Shown piece after piece: positions 9,059 to 18,210 of a stretch of DNA of 64,000 bases. The translations under genes were made by a program, and so were the position numbers. Below the pieces are notes generated by a model. It saw only the letters and a program-made list of their open reading frames with translations. It made no database searches and had not been told where the DNA came from. Location of the stretch: the IMG/VR virus record IMGVR_UViG_3300023079_000003. One strand, given 5' to 3'. The DNA is from a virus. How positions within the stretch are numbered: position 1 is the first letter of the stretch; the number at the start of each line of letters is the position of its first letter.

Positions 9059-9285
9059 TGCACCACCGCCGCTGGTCCGAGCGCGTAGACCGCGTGGGCT
9101 TCGCCGTCGGCTGGACCCTGGTCGTCATCGGCGGCCCCGCCGGCATCCTGCTCCTCCTCGATGCCATCGAGAACCAGCAGATCCCCCTGATCGTCGCCCT
9201 GTTCGCCGGCATCGGAGCGGGCATCCTCGGCGCCCTCCCCGGTTCCGTCGTCATCCTCCTTTGGATGCGCTGGAGAGACCTATGA
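9058..9285 (+). CDS. Membrane protein (2 TM)
   Basis: GAGG RBS; hydrophobic segments. Confidence 0.7.
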   Translation: MHHRRWSERVDRVGFAVGWTLVVIGGPAGILLLLDAIENQQIPLIVALFAGIGAGILGALPGSVVILLWMRWRDL

Positions 9286-9521
9286 TGTGCCGCTCCTGCC
9301 GCGTCGCCGGAAACCTCCTCGGGGTCTGGACCGAGCTGACCCCGAAGCGACTCCGCACCATCGCCGTAGCCCACGAGCACTGCGACTACCCGATCTCCTG
9401 CACCTGCCAGCACCGGCCCCCCGACCCCGGGGTGTCCGAGCGGCAGCAGGCCCTCCTCGACGGGCACCTGGCCCGCCGGGGCGAACTACCGACCCGCCCA
9501 ACGAAAGGCACCACACCGTGA
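9282..9521 (+). CDS. Zn-binding hypothetical protein
   Basis: CRSC...H..C...CTCQH. Confidence 0.65.
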   Translation: MMCRSCRVAGNLLGVWTELTPKRLRTIAVAHEHCDYPISCTCQHRPPDPGVSERQQALLDGHLARRGELPTRPTKGTTP

Positions 9522-10075
9522 AGATCGTCCGACACGACACCGTCCCCCTCTCCGAGCTGGAGGACGCCTGGAAGATGTACGAGAGCACGTTCTCCGAGAT
9601 CAACGGCCTGGCCGTGCAGCGGCACCTCTTCTACCAGCCGGAGTTCGTCGAGGTCTGCCTTGACCCGCGTGTCCAGAAATGGATCGCCTACGACGACCAG
9701 GGGCTCATCCTCGGCATGTCCCTGATCACGAACCAGCTCGACTCGTGGTCGCTGATCAGCCCCGTCTATTTCGAACGCCGCTACCCGGACCGGTTCCACC
9801 GGGGCGCGATCTGGTACATCGGGTTTGTCGGCGTCGACCGCACCCGCAAGGGCTCCCTGCACGTCTTCTCCGCCCTCATCAGCGGCATGTACCCGCAGGT
9901 CCGCGACTCCGCCGGCATGGCCGTCATGGACTTCTGCGCCTACAACGCCGACGTCCGCCGCCTACCCGAGGTCACCCGGGCGCTCCTCACCAAGTTCAAC
10001 CCTCGCACCCGCCACTACGTGCTCGACGCCCAGAGCTTCCACGGCTACACCTTCGACGGAGAGGCGACCGCCTGA
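9518..10075 (+). CDS. GNAT-like fold protein (putative acyltransferase)
   Basis: WIAYDDQG.ILGMSLI...AIWYIGFVGVD.TRKG, resembling GNAT motif A. Confidence 0.5.
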   Translation: MKIVRHDTVPLSELEDAWKMYESTFSEINGLAVQRHLFYQPEFVEVCLDPRVQKWIAYDDQGLILGMSLITNQLDSWSLISPVYFERRYPDRFHRGAIWYIGFVGVDRTRKGSLHVFSALISGMYPQVRDSAGMAVMDFCAYNADVRRLPEVTRALLTKFNPRTRHYVLDAQSFHGYTFDGEATA

Positions 10076-10491
10076 TGCCCATCCACCGCGACCGCCACAC
10101 CCTCCGCCCCGACGCCGACGGCGACCCCGGAGACGTCATGGCCGGGTTCGGCGTGGCCCTGGTCATGGACCTCCACGGCTGCGACCCCGACCTGATTGCC
10201 GACGGCGAGTACATCACCACCTGGGTCAGACAGTTGGTCCAGCGCATCGACATGGTCCCGTACGGAGACCCGATCCTCGCCCACTTCGGCCACGCCAACC
10301 CGACCACCTCCGGGTACACCGTCGTGCAGCTCATCGAGACCTCGTCGATCGTCGCGCACTTCTCCGAAGGCCGGCACTCCGTGCACATCGACGTCTTCTC
10401 CTGCAAGCCGTACGACACGTACGACGCCCTCACCTTCACCGAGGCCACCTTTAAAGCCCAGGCGACCACATACTCAGTCATCCACCGGTAG
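10075..10491 (+). CDS. speD: S-adenosylmethionine decarboxylase-family proenzyme (pyruvoyl-dependent)
   Basis: MDLHGCD...GYTVVQLIETSSIVAHF...HIDVFSCKPYD; cleavage Ser, His and Cys conserved. Confidence 0.85.
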   Translation: MPIHRDRHTLRPDADGDPGDVMAGFGVALVMDLHGCDPDLIADGEYITTWVRQLVQRIDMVPYGDPILAHFGHANPTTSGYTVVQLIETSSIVAHFSEGRHSVHIDVFSCKPYDTYDALTFTEATFKAQATTYSVIHR

Positions 10492-10532
10492 GCCGCTGGC
10501 CTGGGACGCGGGAGCATGTCAAGATCGGCCCT

Positions 10533-11252
10533 GTGCCACATCGCCCAAACCCCCGATCTGGCAGACACCCGCGTCCCAAGGCCCGGCAGCAAACCGCCGA
10601 GCAGCAAACCGCCCTCGACCTGTCCGACGCCGTCGAGGACTGCATGGCCGCCCTCCCCCGCGTACGGCAGCTCCTCCCCGAGCCGGACGGCTCCGGCCCG
10701 CAGACCGGCACGATCGGCCGACACGCCCCCGAGAGCAGCGAGCCCTGGCAAGGCGCCGCAGCAGCCGTCTACTGGACCATTCACTTCGGCGCCCGCCGGC
10801 TCGAGGACGTCCTCCGCGCCGACGTCGGACTCCCCCCGGTCCACCCCGAGCGCGGCGGGTCCGAGGCCAACACGATCAGCGCCCTCGTCCAAATCTCCCG
10901 GCACGGGTCGACCTGCACCGTCGGCACCCTGAAGATCGCCATCCGCCGGGTCACGAACTGGGTGCGGGCGATCAACCGGCTGGACGACCACGACCAGGCG
11001 GAGGACTGGCGCCCCCTGCCCCGCGTTGCCGGCACCCTTCCCCCGGACTGCCCGTTCTGCCAGCTCCTCACCTTGAAGATGAACACCCGGCGTGAAGTCG
11101 TCCGCTGCTTCAACCCGACCTGCAAGGACACCGAGGGCAACCCACCCGTGGCGCGCATGGAGCGCGGCCGCATGTCCGGCATGGCGCAGCTTGTCTTTCG
11201 TGACGGTCGTGAGGTTGACTATCGGGAACTGGCGGAAAATCCCGAGGAGTAA
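10533..11252 (+). CDS. Hypothetical protein with C-terminal Zn ribbon (possible transcriptional regulator); start uncertain
   Basis: CPFC...RCFNPTC; an alternative ATG at 10644 follows GAGGA. Confidence 0.65.
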   Translation: MPHRPNPRSGRHPRPKARQQTAEQQTALDLSDAVEDCMAALPRVRQLLPEPDGSGPQTGTIGRHAPESSEPWQGAAAAVYWTIHFGARRLEDVLRADVGLPPVHPERGGSEANTISALVQISRHGSTCTVGTLKIAIRRVTNWVRAINRLDDHDQAEDWRPLPRVAGTLPPDCPFCQLLTLKMNTRREVVRCFNPTCKDTEGNPPVARMERGRMSGMAQLVFRDGREVDYRELAENPEE

Positions 11253-11257
11253 CCAGC

Positions 11258-12034
11258 GTGACCTACGAAGACCCGCACCCCAGCAAGTCCGGCCACACCC
11301 AGACCCCCGAGCAGATCGCGGAGGAGATCGCCGGGCACGAGCAGGCCATCCACTCCCTCGACCCGCAGCTCTCCGGCGATCCCGCCGTCGATGCCACCGT
11401 GGAACGCATCACCGGCGTCCCCGCCCCTGGCCCGGTCGAGGGGGTCCGCACCCAGGCCGCCCTCACGAACGACGACCAGGTGCGCATCGCCCCCGGGCAG
11501 GAGGAGCAGGCAGCACAGGCCGGGTACTGGATCCCGAACGAGGGGTTCGTCCCGGCCGGTAGCCCCCGCGCCAAGCAGCTCCGCGACCTCGCCATCTACG
11601 GCGGCCCGCCCGCCGGCGACCACACCGACCGCGACCCGGAGATCGACCTCGACCTCGTCGACGCTGAGGACTTCGACACCACCGGCCTCCGGCACGGCCC
11701 CACCGCCGACCAGGTAGTCGCCCTCCGCGCCGGCACCGCCCTCGACCCGATCTGGCACACCACCAAGCCGACCATGGGCGAGATCCGCGACGCCGACCAG
11801 GTCCCCCTGCCCTTCGAGGTCGACGCCGGGGAGTTCATCCGCGCCGGCGCGCACCTGTTCAACGCCATCTACTGGCTCCCCCAGCCGGAGCTGCAGGAGT
11901 TCTTCCGGAGCATGCCCGAGTCGGTGAAGCGCGCCTACGCCCGCGCGCAGGGCGCGTTCCTTCCCGATGACGTCCGCCCCCAGCCCGACGACGAGGACGT
12001 GTACGCCGACGACCAGACCACCAACCCGACCTGA
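11258..12034 (+). CDS. Acidic hypothetical protein
   Basis: GAGGAG RBS; D/E/P-rich. Confidence 0.75.
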   Translation: MTYEDPHPSKSGHTQTPEQIAEEIAGHEQAIHSLDPQLSGDPAVDATVERITGVPAPGPVEGVRTQAALTNDDQVRIAPGQEEQAAQAGYWIPNEGFVPAGSPRAKQLRDLAIYGGPPAGDHTDRDPEIDLDLVDAEDFDTTGLRHGPTADQVVALRAGTALDPIWHTTKPTMGEIRDADQVPLPFEVDAGEFIRAGAHLFNAIYWLPQPELQEFFRSMPESVKRAYARAQGAFLPDDVRPQPDDEDVYADDQTTNPT

Positions 12035-12037
12035 CCC

Positions 12038-12589
12038 ATGAACCGCATGCCCCTCCCCGCGCCCACCGACCCGCCTGAAGAGGTGGGCCGGTGGCGCCTG
12101 GCCGTGGCCGACGAGGACACCCCGCAGCACACCTGGTACCTCGCCCCGGTCGGCGCCCCCCTGCCGCCGATGGTGCTCACCACCGACAGGGAGTTCGACG
12201 AGGACTGGGGGCCGCTGTGGGGGAAGTGGTCGGCCCCGATGGAGGGCAAGGTCGACATCTGGATGCAGGCGTTGGTCGGGGACTGCGCGGTCACCGTTGC
12301 TGAACTCCTCGCCCCCCACCGTGCGGCTCACCCGTCCGACACCCAGGTGGTCCTCACCATCCACCCGCCCTACTACGCCCCCCGGGTCGGCCCCACCCCC
12401 ACCAACCCCCTGCACGTCGTCCGCTTCCGGCTGGGCATCCAGTCCGCGCACAACGACTGGCGGATCATCACCTCCCAGGCATACGTCAGCCTGGCCGACC
12501 TCAAAGCCGCCATCGTCCTCGAGCACGACAACACCAGCGGCGACCTCTACACCCTCATCTACGCCGCCCCACCCCCGGAGCCCCGATGA
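12038..12589 (+). CDS. Hypothetical protein
   Basis: Coupled ORF. Confidence 0.7.
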   Translation: MNRMPLPAPTDPPEEVGRWRLAVADEDTPQHTWYLAPVGAPLPPMVLTTDREFDEDWGPLWGKWSAPMEGKVDIWMQALVGDCAVTVAELLAPHRAAHPSDTQVVLTIHPPYYAPRVGPTPTNPLHVVRFRLGIQSAHNDWRIITSQAYVSLADLKAAIVLEHDNTSGDLYTLIYAAPPPEPR

Positions 12590-13065
12590 CTTACCGCGTC
12601 CGCATCGAGTCCGACCCCACCCGTGACGGTATCCGCGTCTGGCTGGTCGAGGTGCTGAACCTCGACGGCATGCCCATCCGATCGGTAATCGACCCCTCCA
12701 CCGGAGACCACACCGACCTCCCCCCGGCAGGCCAGGCCGCCACCTGGACCGACCTGCCCAGCATCAGCCTCGACGACACCGCCGGTATGGTCCTGCTCGA
12801 CGAGCTGGCCCGGCACTACGCCAAGGCCACCGACAGCGGAGTGACCCGCGACCTTCTCGACCGGGAGCGCGCACGGGTCGACACCCTGATCGGCACGCTC
12901 ACCCGCACCTTGGAGCAGGCCATGTCCCCGCCGGTCACGGTCGACTACCACGCCGGCGAGCAGCCCCCGACGGTCACCCCGCGCACCTGGCCCCGCTACG
13001 TCTTCCCCGACACCAGCGAGGACGGTCGGGGAATGGGGGAGTGGTCCGGGCGGGCCGGTGGATAG
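12586..13065 (+). CDS. Hypothetical protein
   Basis: ATGA overlap. Confidence 0.7.
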   Translation: MTYRVRIESDPTRDGIRVWLVEVLNLDGMPIRSVIDPSTGDHTDLPPAGQAATWTDLPSISLDDTAGMVLLDELARHYAKATDSGVTRDLLDRERARVDTLIGTLTRTLEQAMSPPVTVDYHAGEQPPTVTPRTWPRYVFPDTSEDGRGMGEWSGRAGG

Positions 13066-13366
13066 CACCGACCTGGCCGACCGGCTGATGCGGAAGCTGT
13101 GGCACCGGCGCACCCAACTCGCCTACGAACTGAACGTGCAGTGCAACTACGCGTTCATCGGCCGGGAGATTGAGATGCTGCTCAGGGTCCACGCCCCCCG
13201 CCCGGCCGACCAGCCCCCGTGGGAGACCGGCAGGCTCCCTCCTCTGATGGGCATCGACCTCGTCCCGTCCGACAGCCTCCGCCACGACGAGTGGCAGCTC
13301 CGCGACCAGTCCGGCACGGTCCGGGCCTTCGGCACCCTCACCGACATCCGCGAGGAAACCTCATGA
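13058..13366 (+). CDS. Hypothetical protein
   Basis: Coupled ORF. Confidence 0.65.
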   Translation: MDSTDLADRLMRKLWHRRTQLAYELNVQCNYAFIGREIEMLLRVHAPRPADQPPWETGRLPPLMGIDLVPSDSLRHDEWQLRDQSGTVRAFGTLTDIREETS

Positions 13367-14325
13367 AATTCTTCAACCGGACACCCGAGCCCGACCCGGA
13401 CGACCAGGTGTCCGTGACCATCACCCCGCCCGACGCCGACGGCAAACGCCGCTTCACCCTCACACCCCCGCAGGAGACCCCCGTGCCCGACCAGCAGACC
13501 CCCGACGACGCCTTCGACGGTGGCAGCGCCCTCACCGAGGATCAGTACGCCGCCCGTAAGGCGTGGCAGATGGACCCAGCCGCCCTCGCGGACGAAACCC
13601 CCACAGCCCAGCAGGCCGCCGTGAACGACCCCACCGTCCAGCGGTTCGTCAACGCCCCCGGCGAGGTCCGCCGGCGCATCCGCGACCTGGAAGCAGCCGA
13701 CCTCGCCCCGTCCGAGCACGAGCACGAGCAAGGCCCGGCCATCACCGGCACCCAGCTCACCATCACCCCAGAGGACATCTGCCCCAACTGCGGGCAGCGG
13801 ATGCCCTCCGACGCCGCCCTCCTGCAGGCCGGTGTCGACCTCCTCACCGGCGCGCAGGTTACCGACCAGCTCACCGTCCGCTTCTACGAGATCGTGTTCG
13901 AGCTGGCCCCCGAAGCCCGCGCCCTCTTCGACGACCCCGACGCCGGGAAGTCCTGGCAAGAGCTGGTCGACGTCAACGCCCCGACCGACTCCTGGGGGCG
14001 CAACCAGAGGGACAAGATCGTCTCCTCGATCGCCCTCCTGGCCAAGCACTACGGCGACACCGAGGAAACCAGCGACGACCCCGACTTCCTCGACCGCGCC
14101 CTCGTCTCCATGGGCCGCGCCCACTCCCGGTTCAACCTCACGGTCGAGCACTACGGCATCGTCGGCACCGCCCTGCTCCGCGCACTGCAGGAGTTCGCCG
14201 GCGACGCCTGGACCCCCGCCATGGAGGCCGCCTGGACCCGCGCCTACAAGTACATGGCCGGGACGATGCTGCGCGGCGAGGCAACCCCGAACCGGGGGCA
14301 GACGGGACGCCGGCGGCGGGTATGA
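13363..14325 (+). CDS. Globin-domain protein (acidic N-terminal region, CxxC, then a 3/3 bacterial haemoglobin domain)
   Basis: RFYEIVFELAPEARALF (B10 Tyr, CD1 Phe), NQRDKI (E7 Gln), MGRAHSRFNLTVEHYGIVGTALL (F8 His), WTPAMEAAWTRAY. Confidence 0.9.
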   Translation: MKFFNRTPEPDPDDQVSVTITPPDADGKRRFTLTPPQETPVPDQQTPDDAFDGGSALTEDQYAARKAWQMDPAALADETPTAQQAAVNDPTVQRFVNAPGEVRRRIRDLEAADLAPSEHEHEQGPAITGTQLTITPEDICPNCGQRMPSDAALLQAGVDLLTGAQVTDQLTVRFYEIVFELAPEARALFDDPDAGKSWQELVDVNAPTDSWGRNQRDKIVSSIALLAKHYGDTEETSDDPDFLDRALVSMGRAHSRFNLTVEHYGIVGTALLRALQEFAGDAWTPAMEAAWTRAYKYMAGTMLRGEATPNRGQTGRRRRV

Positions 14326-14738
14326 CCCTCTCGATGATCACCGTCCCGGCCGCAGACCTGCCCGAGCGCTGCCCGCGCGTCGACCAGGCGGCGGCCGAGA
14401 CTGCCGCCCTCTGGGGTGGGGACATGGAGCAGCACCACTACCAGGGTGTGTGGGTGGACGACACTAACGGCGAGCGCCGGCACATCTACGCCCAGTACAC
14501 GAGGGTGACCGACCTGGCCGCACTCCACGGCACCTACACCCCCGTGCGCTGTGGCCATCCCCTGGTTTGGTGGGACGGCGAGTACGACTCGAACTGCATC
14601 CTCCCGACCGGGCACCGCCCCGCCGGCGTGCACTACGACAACCGCTACTGGTACGACGACCACCACACCGCCATCGAGGACCCGTTCATACCCCCGGATC
14701 TCCTCGCCCTCACCGACTACGTCCGGGAGCCCGCATGA
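14322..14738 (+). CDS. Cys/His hypothetical protein
   Basis: RCGH...C.LP.GH..VHY motif. Confidence 0.7.
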   Translation: MTLSMITVPAADLPERCPRVDQAAAETAALWGGDMEQHHYQGVWVDDTNGERRHIYAQYTRVTDLAALHGTYTPVRCGHPLVWWDGEYDSNCILPTGHRPAGVHYDNRYWYDDHHTAIEDPFIPPDLLALTDYVREPA

Positions 14739-15055
14739 TCCAGCAGTTACGGGCGATGCTGCGCCGGCAGCCCGAACCACCCACCCACGACCTCACCCGC
14801 GACGACTACGCGTTTACCCCCCGCAACGGGGGCATGACGGGGTTCGTCGCCTGCTGGTCTGCCGGGTGGCTGGGCAAAACCAAACCCAACCCGGGCGACT
14901 ACCTCATCCTCCGGAACGGTAACCGCAGCTCCCGCTACCAAGTTCGGTCCGTCGACCGCTGCCTCAACGTCGACCCGTCAACCATGTGGACGGCACAGAT
15001 CGAGTTTGCGCCCCGGCTCACCGCCGCCCACCCCGCCGATGAGAGGTGCACGTGA
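14735..15055 (+). CDS. Hypothetical protein
   Basis: GGGAG RBS; ATGA overlap. Confidence 0.7.
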   Translation: MIQQLRAMLRRQPEPPTHDLTRDDYAFTPRNGGMTGFVACWSAGWLGKTKPNPGDYLILRNGNRSSRYQVRSVDRCLNVDPSTMWTAQIEFAPRLTAAHPADERCT

Positions 15056-15261
15056 ACCACTCCACCGCCATGTACCAAACCGCGCTGGCCCACCTCGCCC
15101 GCGCCTCCGGGATCATGGACGGCCTGGCCGAAGCTGCCGACCAGAGCGGTGGTGTCCTCGACTCGCACCGAATCTCCGGGATGCTGCAGCAAGCCGCCAT
15201 CCACGCCCAGATCGGAGCCGGGTACGCCCAGCTCGCTTCCGCACCACCACCAGAGGGGTGA
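15052..15261 (+). CDS. Hypothetical protein
   Basis: Coupled ORF, predicted helical. Confidence 0.6.
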   Translation: MNHSTAMYQTALAHLARASGIMDGLAEAADQSGGVLDSHRISGMLQQAAIHAQIGAGYAQLASAPPPEG

Positions 15262-15674
15262 CAATAACCGCCATGGCCAGAGGCACCGACTGCGCGATCC
15301 ACTCGCACCGCACCCCAGTCCCCCAGGAACGACACCACCTCCAGCCCGTGAGCAGGCGCGGCGAGACCACCGACGACAACCTCGCCCTCGTCTGCGCCAA
15401 CGCCCACGGAAACATCCACTACCTCCTCGACGCGATCGAGAAGGCAGCCGTCGGCCTCATGGCCCGGGTCAAGGAAGGCGACAAGCGCCCGACCTACACC
15501 GACGCGTTCCTCGCCGTCCCCCAGGCCGTGGTCAACACCTACTCGGACGGGGAGCGGAAGCTGGCCCGCGCCGGCTGGCGCCGCTACGGTGCCGACTTCA
15601 TGAAGGGCAAGCTCGCCCGCGAGTGGACCGAGACGACCACCATGGGCATCCTCCGCACGGAGCTGGACGACTGA
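15258..15674 (+). CDS. HNH endonuclease-like protein
   Basis: ERHHLQPVSRRGETTDDNLALVCANAHGNIH. Confidence 0.75.
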   Translation: MTITAMARGTDCAIHSHRTPVPQERHHLQPVSRRGETTDDNLALVCANAHGNIHYLLDAIEKAAVGLMARVKEGDKRPTYTDAFLAVPQAVVNTYSDGERKLARAGWRRYGADFMKGKLAREWTETTTMGILRTELDD

Positions 15675-16039
15675 TGGGCGAGCGTCTGGCCTTCTCCGGG
15701 GTGTACCGACGGTGCCCGACCTGCGGCGCGCCGATCACCATCCCTGCCCCGGAGGGCTGGACGTACGACCTGATCAAGGAAGGCCCGATGACCGGGCCGG
15801 TCCTGTCGTTCGTCACCCCGCACCTCGGCGGGTGCACGTTCGCGGCCACGACCGGCCCGATCTTCGACGGCGACGGCAGGATCGTCGGCCACGCCGTGAA
15901 CGTCCCCTCCGAGTACCTGCAAGACCAGCACCTCGACTTCGCCCCAGCCCCCGGCGAGCCCGACCCCTTCGACTTCTCACCGGGCGGCAAGCTGTACTTC
16001 GCCCCGCCCGGAACCACCGAGTGGAGGCGACTCGCATGA
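15674..16039 (+). CDS. Hypothetical protein with CPTC motif
   Basis: TGATG coupling. Confidence 0.65.
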   Translation: MGERLAFSGVYRRCPTCGAPITIPAPEGWTYDLIKEGPMTGPVLSFVTPHLGGCTFAATTGPIFDGDGRIVGHAVNVPSEYLQDQHLDFAPAPGEPDPFDFSPGGKLYFAPPGTTEWRRLA

Positions 16040-16263
16040 GCCACACCAACCCGTCCGGCACCCTCACCACCATCCGCCCCAGCGTCCACGAGATCATCAA
16101 CCGGACGCTCACCACCATCGCCCTGGTCGTGGGCATCCTCGTCGGCGGTGTCATCCTCTGGTCCGCCATCGCCCTGCACGCCGCCGTGGAGGGCATCGGC
16201 GACAGCCTCCAGCCCAGTAACCCCTCCGTGAACGAGGAGTGCCCGGGTGACTTCGACTGCTGA
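16036..16263 (+). CDS. Single-TM membrane protein
   Basis: GGAGG RBS; IALVVGILVGGVILWSAIAL. Confidence 0.7.
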   Translation: MSHTNPSGTLTTIRPSVHEIINRTLTTIALVVGILVGGVILWSAIALHAAVEGIGDSLQPSNPSVNEECPGDFDC

Positions 16264-16627
16264 CCCCCACACCCCATGGCCGCCACACGGCTGGCGGGTC
16301 GTCATGCGCGCCGCCCGCCGCAACGCCCGCCGGCAAGGTGTCCGGCAGCGGGTGTTCTCCGGCCGCGACAACGACGGCCGCCGCTTCTGGACGTTCGAGG
16401 AGGTGCCCGGTGCCCCGGCGGAATCAGCGTGGTCACGCCGGCACCCCCTGTGCATCTGCCCTGAGCTGACCTTCACGCAGATGCTCTCCGGCCCGAAGCC
16501 CGACATCGACGCCTGCCGCGCGCAGTCCGGCGGGCTCACCCACAAGATCCTCACCCCCGACGAGGCCCGCACCAGCCTGGCCTCCCTCATCAAGCCGCCC
16601 GGACAGGAGAGACCGCCGGATGGCTGA
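16247..16627 (+). CDS. Hypothetical protein; start uncertain
   Basis: Fills the gap between coupled genes; HPLCICPE motif. Confidence 0.55.
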   Translation: MTSTADPHTPWPPHGWRVVMRAARRNARRQGVRQRVFSGRDNDGRRFWTFEEVPGAPAESAWSRRHPLCICPELTFTQMLSGPKPDIDACRAQSGGLTHKILTPDEARTSLASLIKPPGQERPPDG

Positions 16628-16865
16628 CAACAACGCCCTCACCGTCAGGGAAGCCCTCGCAATCCTCGACCCGCCCATTCCGAGGCGCACCCTCGAGCGC
16701 CGGCTGGCCGACCACTGCACACCGCTGCCCGAACGCCGGCACCCGCCCGGCCGTGGCCGACCCGCAGCCGCCTACCTCGTCGAGGACATCTACACCGAGC
16801 ACACCGCATGGGCGAAATCCCAGATCGGGAAACGCCCCGCACGAACCGATGGAGAGACACCGTGA
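16620..16865 (+). CDS. MerR/excisionase-like HTH DNA-binding protein
   Basis: LTVREALAIL...PRRTLERRL...GRGRPAAAY. Confidence 0.6.
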   Translation: MADNNALTVREALAILDPPIPRRTLERRLADHCTPLPERRHPPGRGRPAAAYLVEDIYTEHTAWAKSQIGKRPARTDGETP

Positions 16866-17158
16866 AGAACCACCTGCCCCGCGAACTCGTCACCGTCGTC
16901 CGCCCGGGCGGACACCCGACCGTCACCCGGGTCCGCCGCACGGCCACCTTCCGCCTGGTCGGGGAGCCCGCCACCCGGGCCTGCCCCCACACGATCACCA
17001 CCTGGGACGAGATCACCGACCCCGTGCAGGGCGAGCACCACCGCGAGCGCACCTACCTCCGCCGCACCCTCACCCCGTGCGAGCGGACCGACGGGCACTA
17101 CCGCGACCTCGAGCACCCGGAGAACGCCGCTCACCGGGCAGGGAGCATCACGTGGTGA
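16862..17158 (+). CDS. Hypothetical protein
   Basis: GGAG RBS; GTGA overlap. Confidence 0.65.
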   Translation: MKNHLPRELVTVVRPGGHPTVTRVRRTATFRLVGEPATRACPHTITTWDEITDPVQGEHHRERTYLRRTLTPCERTDGHYRDLEHPENAAHRAGSITW

Positions 17159-17268
17159 AGGCCGGTTGGATGCGCGCCCTCACCGACCGGATGGTTGGCT
17201 GGTACTGGGCGTGGAAGTGGCGCCGCTGGTCCTCGCTGGGCCACCGCCGCGACGACCCACCGGCTTGA
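17152..17268 (+). CDS. Trp/Arg-rich microprotein
   Basis: GGGAG RBS; coupled to the previous gene. Confidence 0.45.
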   Translation: MVKAGWMRALTDRMVGWYWAWKWRRWSSLGHRRDDPPA

Positions 17269-17293
17269 TCAGCAAGCTAGCTGGCGCTATTGT
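17265..17293 (+). promoter_or_regulatory. Housekeeping-sigma promoter heading the biosynthetic operon
   Basis: TTGATC-N17-TATTGT upstream of the GGGAGG RBS and GTG at 17332. Confidence 0.65.
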
Positions 17294-17331
17294 CGCCCCA
17301 ACAGGAGTGTGTCCACAGCCGGGAGGCAACA

Positions 17332-18210
17332 GTGCCCGAAGACCGCCGCCTCGACTACATGCCCCTCACCGAGGTCGCGCGGGCACACCGCAACCCGAAG
17401 AAGCATGACTCCGTCGGCATCGCCCGCAGCATGGACGAGTTCGGAGTTGTCGAGATCCCCGCCCTGGACGAACGCACCGGGCGCCTCGTCGCCGGCCACG
17501 GCCGACTCGACGTGTGGTTGGCGGCGGCGGCCAAGCAGCAGCAGCCGCCCTCCGGGGTGAAGGTCGGACCGGACGGCGTCTGGCTGGTCCCCGTCCTGCG
17601 CGGCTGGGCATCAAAGGACGACGCGCACGCTGAGGCGTACCTCGTCGGCTCGAACCAGCTCACCATCAACGGCGGGTGGGACGATCCCGGCCTGGCCAAG
17701 CTCCTCGACGACCTGGCCGCAGAGGACAACAGCCTCCTCCGGGTCACCGGCTTCGACGACGACCAGCTCGACAAGCTCCTCTCGTCGACCGACACCCTGG
17801 GCGACCCCGCCGGCGGGTTCCTCAAGGACATGGCCTCCCAGCCGTTCGGCCAGACCGTCGAGCAGCAGCCCCCACCCCAGGGGCCACCGGACTACGACTG
17901 GCCCCCGCCACCGCAGACCTACACCCCCGGCGAGCCCGGCGGCGGCGGCGACGAGGAAGGCCCGGTCGGACCGCAGCTCCCCCCGGAGTTCCCGCCCACC
18001 GCGTACGGCCCCGCCGGCACTGCCGCCCAGTACGCCCCGGTCTCCTGGGTTCTCCACGCCGATGCGCGCACCCGGCTCCGCGCGGTCCTCCGCCACCTGC
18101 AGAAGACCCGCGAACTGGCCACCTCCGCCGAAGCCGTCAACGCCCTGGTCGACGACTACATCACCGCGCACAACATCACCATCGAGCAGGCAGAGGAACA
18201 GCCCGCATGA
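17332..18210 (+). CDS. ParB/Srx N-terminal domain protein
   Basis: NPKKHD..GIARS..EFG...DERTGRLVAGHGRL; N.LT..GGWD...L; TGFDDDQL; Pro/Gln linker. Confidence 0.85.
   Translation: MPEDRRLDYMPLTEVARAHRNPKKHDSVGIARSMDEFGVVEIPALDERTGRLVAGHGRLDVWLAAAAKQQQPPSGVKVGPDGVWLVPVLRGWASKDDAHAEAYLVGSNQLTINGGWDDPGLAKLLDDLAAEDNSLLRVTGFDDDQLDKLLSSTDTLGDPAGGFLKDMASQPFGQTVEQQPPPQGPPDYDWPPPPQTYTPGEPGGGGDEEGPVGPQLPPEFPPTAYGPAGTAAQYAPVSWVLHADARTRLRAVLRHLQKTRELATSAEAVNALVDDYITAHNITIEQAEEQPA

Noticed and set aside
10516-10932. Alternate-frame ORF with a good GGGAG RBS
   Set aside because: Ser/Pro/Arg-rich off-frame composition; the 10533 frame has the codon bias and the Zn ribbon. The true start remains unresolved.
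11229-11240. Third TGGCGGAAAAT match to the putative operator
   Set aside because: It lies in coding sequence (ELAEN), so it is probably chance.
16620-16865. Excisionase implying an integration module
   Set aside because: No integrase or att site is recognisable in the window, so it is kept only as a generic HTH.
17332-18210. Plasmid-prophage partition system
   Set aside because: No ParA or parS repeats were seen, and both ParB domains are of the type linked to modification enzymes.
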